Source: an uncultured Chlorobiaceae bacterium
Lineage (GTDB): Bacteria > Bacteroidota > Ignavibacteria > UBA10030 > SZUA-254
NCBI GenBank assembly: GCA_964512655.1
Contig: CAZEJT010000003.1
Location: 183,719 to 247,718, forward strand
Reading direction: 5' to 3'
Length of the DNA stretch: 64,000 bases
The position numbers and the translations under genes were made by a program. Shown here piece by piece: positions 60,052 to 64,000 of this stretch (position 1 is the stretch's first letter; every line of letters starts with the position of its first letter). Below the pieces are notes generated by a model. That model did not search any database and was not told the DNA's origin. It saw nothing but the letters and a program-made list of their open reading frames with translations.

Positions 60052-60753
60052 CTATCTTCCCACCAGCAACCTGTCCGCAAGCGGTCTCGGCAAACCCGCC
60101 TTCCTGATTCGCTCTGCGGACTCCTCCACGTCGTACTCCGCCCGAATATTTTCGTACGTGGCCGCCCCGGTATCCAGTATCCCCATACTCAGCCGCGGGT
60201 CGTTGTCGCGCGGCTGACCGACGCTCCCCACGTTGATGATAAATTTCTTCCCCGCCGCGTACTCCTCCGTTCGCCCGTCGTCACAATATATGGCCGGCAC
60301 GTGCGAATGTCCGAGGAAACAAACCTGCTCCTCAAAATAATAGAAATTGAACTGGGCGTCGGCGGGAGTAAGGACATAATGCCACTCATTGGGTTCGAAG
60401 GGCGATGAGTGCACGAAGAGCGCGCCCTCCAGCTCGAGCGTGTACGGGAGCCGGCCGACAAACTCTGCGTGTTCGGGGGTCAACTGTTTGTTGGTCCACT
60501 CCGCCGCCACCCTCGCGAGCGGGTTGAAGTATTCCGTTCTTGAGAGATCGATTGCGGCCTCATCGTGATTTCCCAACAGGATGTGTTCCGTGGTGTTCCG
60601 GACGAGTTCGATGCACTCATTGGGGTTCGCGCCGTAGCCGATGAGATCGCCGAGGCATACGACCGCGTCCACGTGTTGTGCGGAGACGATCTCCAGCGCC
60701 TTCTCCAGAGCGCCGAGATTCGAGTGGATGTCTGAGATGATAGCGAGGCGCAA
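60052..60753 (-). CDS. Metallophosphoesterase (YfcE/MJ0936-like)
   Basis: Motifs ISDIHSN, CLGDLIGYG and GNHDEA (MPP family), with a C-terminal GHSHVP. Confidence 0.8.
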   Translation of the reverse strand: MRLAIISDIHSNLGALEKALEIVSAQHVDAVVCLGDLIGYGANPNECIELVRNTTEHILLGNHDEAAIDLSRTEYFNPLARVAAEWTNKQLTPEHAEFVGRLPYTLELEGALFVHSSPFEPNEWHYVLTPADAQFNFYYFEEQVCFLGHSHVPAIYCDDGRTEEYAAGKKFIINVGSVGQPRDNDPRLSMGILDTGAATYENIRAEYDVEESAERIRKAGLPRPLADRLLVGR

Positions 60754-60760
60754 TCCGGCG

Positions 60761-62131
60761 CTACGTTTTCTGCTGTTTCTTTTTCGCGGCCGGGAAGAGG
60801 ATGTTATTGAGGATCAATCGATAACCCGGTGAATTCTTGTGCAGGCTCAGATCCGTGGGTTGGTCGCCCACCGCGTGTTGGTAATCCTCGGGATCGTGAC
60901 CTCCGTAAAATGTCCAGGTTCCGCGGCCGTAATTGCCGTGGATGTACCGGACTTCCTCCGTGCCTTCCTTCTCCGCGAGAATAGTGACGTTCTTTTTGAT
61001 GAGGCTCTTCTTGAAATTGGTGGTTTGCCCCAGAAACCCTTTGATGATGTTGGCGTGGTCCTGCGTCAGCATCGTGGGAACAGGATCGTACTTCGCCGAG
61101 AATTCAAAGAGCGTGAAATAGTCGGTCTCCTGATTCGGAGGCGGCAGCATGTCGCTCGGCGGAATGTCGATGTCTGAATACTCGTACCGCAGGGGGTTCA
61201 TCTCGAGTTTGAAGTTTTCAAATGCGAGGCATTTCGAGTAGTCGAGCTTTTTCTGGGCATCCGCATCGGGAGGATCGCCGTCGTACATGACATCGCAGAT
61301 GTCGGTATTCTGGGCCGCAAGGGCGATGTCGTATGTGTCGGTGGCGGAGCACATCGCGAACAGAAATCCCCCGGCCGCAATGTATTCCTTGATCTTCCTC
61401 GCCACGGCCTTCTTTACCTCCGAGACCTTCTTAAACCCCAGCTCCTTCGCTCTCTTTTCATAGAGCACCTGCTGCTCCACATACCAAGGCTGGGTGGAAT
61501 AGTTCGCGTAAAACTTGCCGTACTGGCCCGTGAAGTCCTCGTGATGGAGATGAATCCAGTCGTAGTTGAGGAGTTTGTCCTGAAGAACTTCGGGGTCCCA
61601 CACCTTGTCGTACGGGATTTCCGCGTACTCCATCACGAGCGTGACGGCATCGTCCCAGGGAAGGGTGTTGGGAGTGACATAGACGGCGATCTTCGGCGCT
61701 TTCTCCAGCCGCACCGCATCCATATTGTTGTTTTCGTTCTGCACCTCGGAATAAATCGCGCTGGCCTGCGCTCCGCCTATTTCTTCGAACACCACACCGC
61801 GAATCCTGCATTCCTGGGCAACCGTGGCAACGCCGTCCATCATGAAGGAGCCGCCGCGGTAATTCAGGAGCCAATCGACTTCGATGTTTTTCGTGAGCGC
61901 CCAATACGCGATGCCGTATGCCTTCAGATGGTCCGTCTGTTTGAGGTCCATCGGGACCAGTATCTTCTGCGCGAATGCGAGAGATGTCGCGAGGATGAGG
62001 CAGAGAATGGCGGTCGCTGCGATCACCGGAACCTGCCTGAGAACTCCGGCTGTCCCCGGATTTCGTTTGCTTTCCGGGCCACGCCGGCTGAAGCCGGCGC
62101 CTGCAACTCCCTCACACACATCGAACATCAT
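60761..62131 (-). CDS. Hypothetical secreted or membrane-anchored protein (456 aa)
   Basis: N-terminal hydrophobic segment ATAILCLILATSLAFAQ. No firm motif; GGFLFAMCSAT could be a class-I glutamine-amidotransferase-like nucleophile elbow. The start overlaps the upstream TPR gene stop. Confidence 0.45.
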   Translation of the reverse strand: MMFDVCEGVAGAGFSRRGPESKRNPGTAGVLRQVPVIAATAILCLILATSLAFAQKILVPMDLKQTDHLKAYGIAYWALTKNIEVDWLLNYRGGSFMMDGVATVAQECRIRGVVFEEIGGAQASAIYSEVQNENNNMDAVRLEKAPKIAVYVTPNTLPWDDAVTLVMEYAEIPYDKVWDPEVLQDKLLNYDWIHLHHEDFTGQYGKFYANYSTQPWYVEQQVLYEKRAKELGFKKVSEVKKAVARKIKEYIAAGGFLFAMCSATDTYDIALAAQNTDICDVMYDGDPPDADAQKKLDYSKCLAFENFKLEMNPLRYEYSDIDIPPSDMLPPPNQETDYFTLFEFSAKYDPVPTMLTQDHANIIKGFLGQTTNFKKSLIKKNVTILAEKEGTEEVRYIHGNYGRGTWTFYGGHDPEDYQHAVGDQPTDLSLHKNSPGYRLILNNILFPAAKKKQQKT

Positions 62132-63999
62132 ATATTATCTCCTCTCAGCTCCCGGATTCTCCTTCGCGCTTCGGCGGCGTAGATCGAGTTCGGATATTGT
62201 TCGAGGACTTTCTGATACGTTGCGATGGCGTTGGGCACATCCTTCAGTCCCAGCCGATAGACCTCTCCGATCTTCATGTGTGTCTTATCGAGTTCGATGC
62301 TCTCGGGATACTCCTTCAGGAGCCGGTTATACACTCCAAGAGCATCGGAGAAACGGCTGAGGCGGGTGAGGAGATCTCCGACATTCATCAGCGCCTCGTC
62401 CACCACGTCTGACTTGGGATACTTGTCCACGACCGACTGGAATGCCGCAAGAGCTTCCGGATATTTTTGCTGCCGGCTCAGGAGATCGGCATCCGCGAAG
62501 GCCTTCAGGGGCGCGTCGTCGGCTTTCAGGTTATCCTGAATGAAAATCTGCATGCTGAGCGCATCGTTGGTGACGTCGGATCCGGCGTTTTTGGTGAGGT
62601 CCTTGAGCTTCGCGAGCGCATCGTGAAACCGTTTGCGGTAATAGTCGAGCTCGGCGAGCCGCAGGGCCGCGGTCTCCTGCCTCGGATTCAGCGCCGGGGT
62701 GTGCGGGACGAGGATCCCGTACTCGGCATCCGCTTTATCCAGCTCGCCGGCTATCAGATACACGTCGCCGAGGCGAAGCGTTGCTTCTTCGGTCACGGCC
62801 GGGAACATCGGGTACTTGCTGCAGAGTAATTCGAGCTGCGATCGCGCGCCCCCCAGATCCGAAAGCCTTTCCTGCTTCAGCAGAGCAATGCGGAGCATTG
62901 AGCGCGCAGCGAGTTCGTTCGCCGGGAATTGAGCGATGACCTGCTCGTACGCCGCAATCGCGGCGCCATAGAGCTGTTTGCCTTCGTCTTCGGTGTGCGA
63001 CTTCGACGGGAAAGGGCTGACTCCGCCAAAGAGTTTGAGCGTATCGCTTTCCGAGCCGAGCTCCTCCTGGGTCCGCGCATACCCGAATTTTACCATCGCC
63101 ATCTGCTCGAACTTCGGATACTTTGCGACAATTCCGGCAAATGCGTTTGCGGCAACCGCGTACGCTTTTTCATTCAGGGCCCGTGAAGCAAATCCGAAGA
63201 GCTCGTGCCCCTGCGCTTTCCCCTGGTCGTCGATGACCTTGTAGACTTCAAACGCCCGATCGTAATGCTTGCCCTCCATATAGAGCCAGGCGAGCATTTG
63301 CCGGAAGACAAGATTTTGCTGCTCGGATTTCGCCGCCTCTTCAACTGCAAGAGTCGCCGTGCTCAGGCCGTCGGCCCGGCCCGTGTACGCCGCGATGCGC
63401 GATTCGGCAAATCCCAGCTGGTTGGGGTTCTGCTTGACCAGATTCAGATATTCCCTCGTCGCCTCCGGATATTTGAGCATGATGGAATAGAGATAGGCGA
63501 TGTCGGAGGTGAACAGCTGAGCGTCGCCAACCGCGACACGCCCGCGTTTATAGACGGAAGCCGCCCGGTCAAATTGGCGGCTCTGCACCATGGAGCTTCC
63601 CACAAGCCGGTAGGTTGTCTCATGCTTCGTATCCACCGCGATCGCCTTTTCCCAGACCGAATCCGCCTTCGCCTCCTCGGACTTCAACATATAGACGGAG
63701 GCAAGTTCCGAAAGGAGGCTGATGTTGTCGGGCATCTTGTGTATCACATACTGCAGAAGGGATACGGCGTTATCGTATCGCTTGAGCTGGAGGTAATCGC
63801 GCCGGAGGCATTCAAAAATGATCATGCTCGACGAATCTTTGGCGTACAGAGACTCGTAGATCTTTACCGCGGTCTCAAAATCCCCGCTCTGTTCATAGCT
63901 CTCCGCAAGCCGGAATCGCATATCGGTGGCCTTGGTCTGAGAGAGAGCCGGAGCGGAAGCCGCTGCCGTGAGGACGGCGATGAGAAGAATTTTGTTCAT
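62128..63999 (-). CDS. TPR-repeat secreted protein
   Basis: Signal peptide MNKILLIAVLTAAASAPALSQ and many TPR-like 34-mers (…AVKIYESLY…, …AIAAYEQVI…, …ALAAFQSVV…). Confidence 0.8.
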   Translation of the reverse strand: MNKILLIAVLTAAASAPALSQTKATDMRFRLAESYEQSGDFETAVKIYESLYAKDSSSMIIFECLRRDYLQLKRYDNAVSLLQYVIHKMPDNISLLSELASVYMLKSEEAKADSVWEKAIAVDTKHETTYRLVGSSMVQSRQFDRAASVYKRGRVAVGDAQLFTSDIAYLYSIMLKYPEATREYLNLVKQNPNQLGFAESRIAAYTGRADGLSTATLAVEEAAKSEQQNLVFRQMLAWLYMEGKHYDRAFEVYKVIDDQGKAQGHELFGFASRALNEKAYAVAANAFAGIVAKYPKFEQMAMVKFGYARTQEELGSESDTLKLFGGVSPFPSKSHTEDEGKQLYGAAIAAYEQVIAQFPANELAARSMLRIALLKQERLSDLGGARSQLELLCSKYPMFPAVTEEATLRLGDVYLIAGELDKADAEYGILVPHTPALNPRQETAALRLAELDYYRKRFHDALAKLKDLTKNAGSDVTNDALSMQIFIQDNLKADDAPLKAFADADLLSRQQKYPEALAAFQSVVDKYPKSDVVDEALMNVGDLLTRLSRFSDALGVYNRLLKEYPESIELDKTHMKIGEVYRLGLKDVPNAIATYQKVLEQYPNSIYAAEARRRIRELRGDNI

Positions 64000-64000
64000 T

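Overview
This is a high-GC (about 60%) chromosomal window from an FCB-group bacterium, probably Bacteroidota- or Ignavibacteriota-like. Three proteins end in a T9SS type-A C-terminal sorting domain (…NYPNPFNP…), and several lipoproteins carry LAGC/LSGC-type lipoboxes. The window covers the replication-origin neighbourhood: gp37-like, DUF2461, murQ, rsmG, mnmG and mnmE on the minus strand (8–15 kb), yidC, yidD, rnpA and an untracked rpmH on the minus strand (24.7–27.4 kb), then dnaA, dnaN, recF, DUF721, gyrB and gyrA on the plus strand (31.2–40.9 kb). A 3.2-kb accessory insertion separates rpmH from dnaA. Accessory content includes two giant T9SS-secreted S8 subtilases and a Kelch-like T9SS cargo protein. 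A three-copy lipoprotein paralog family (tandem pair plus a distal copy, each with conserved leader and terminator) brackets an ECF-sigma, oxidoreductase, subtilase and DUF3237 module and may be a subtilase inhibitor family. There is a stand-alone Gp37/Gp68 (DUF5131) gene in a lower-GC pocket. A CHASE2–sigma54-activator one-component regulator sits next to a near-consensus sigma54 promoter and a lipoprotein / OMP-transglutaminase operon. Other features are a TonB receptor, hutH with an adenosine-deaminase-like gene, a TPR–DUF4292–M23 envelope operon, and a small family of REP-like GC-rich palindromes at three gene ends. I found no transposase, integrase, CRISPR, rRNA or convincing tRNA.
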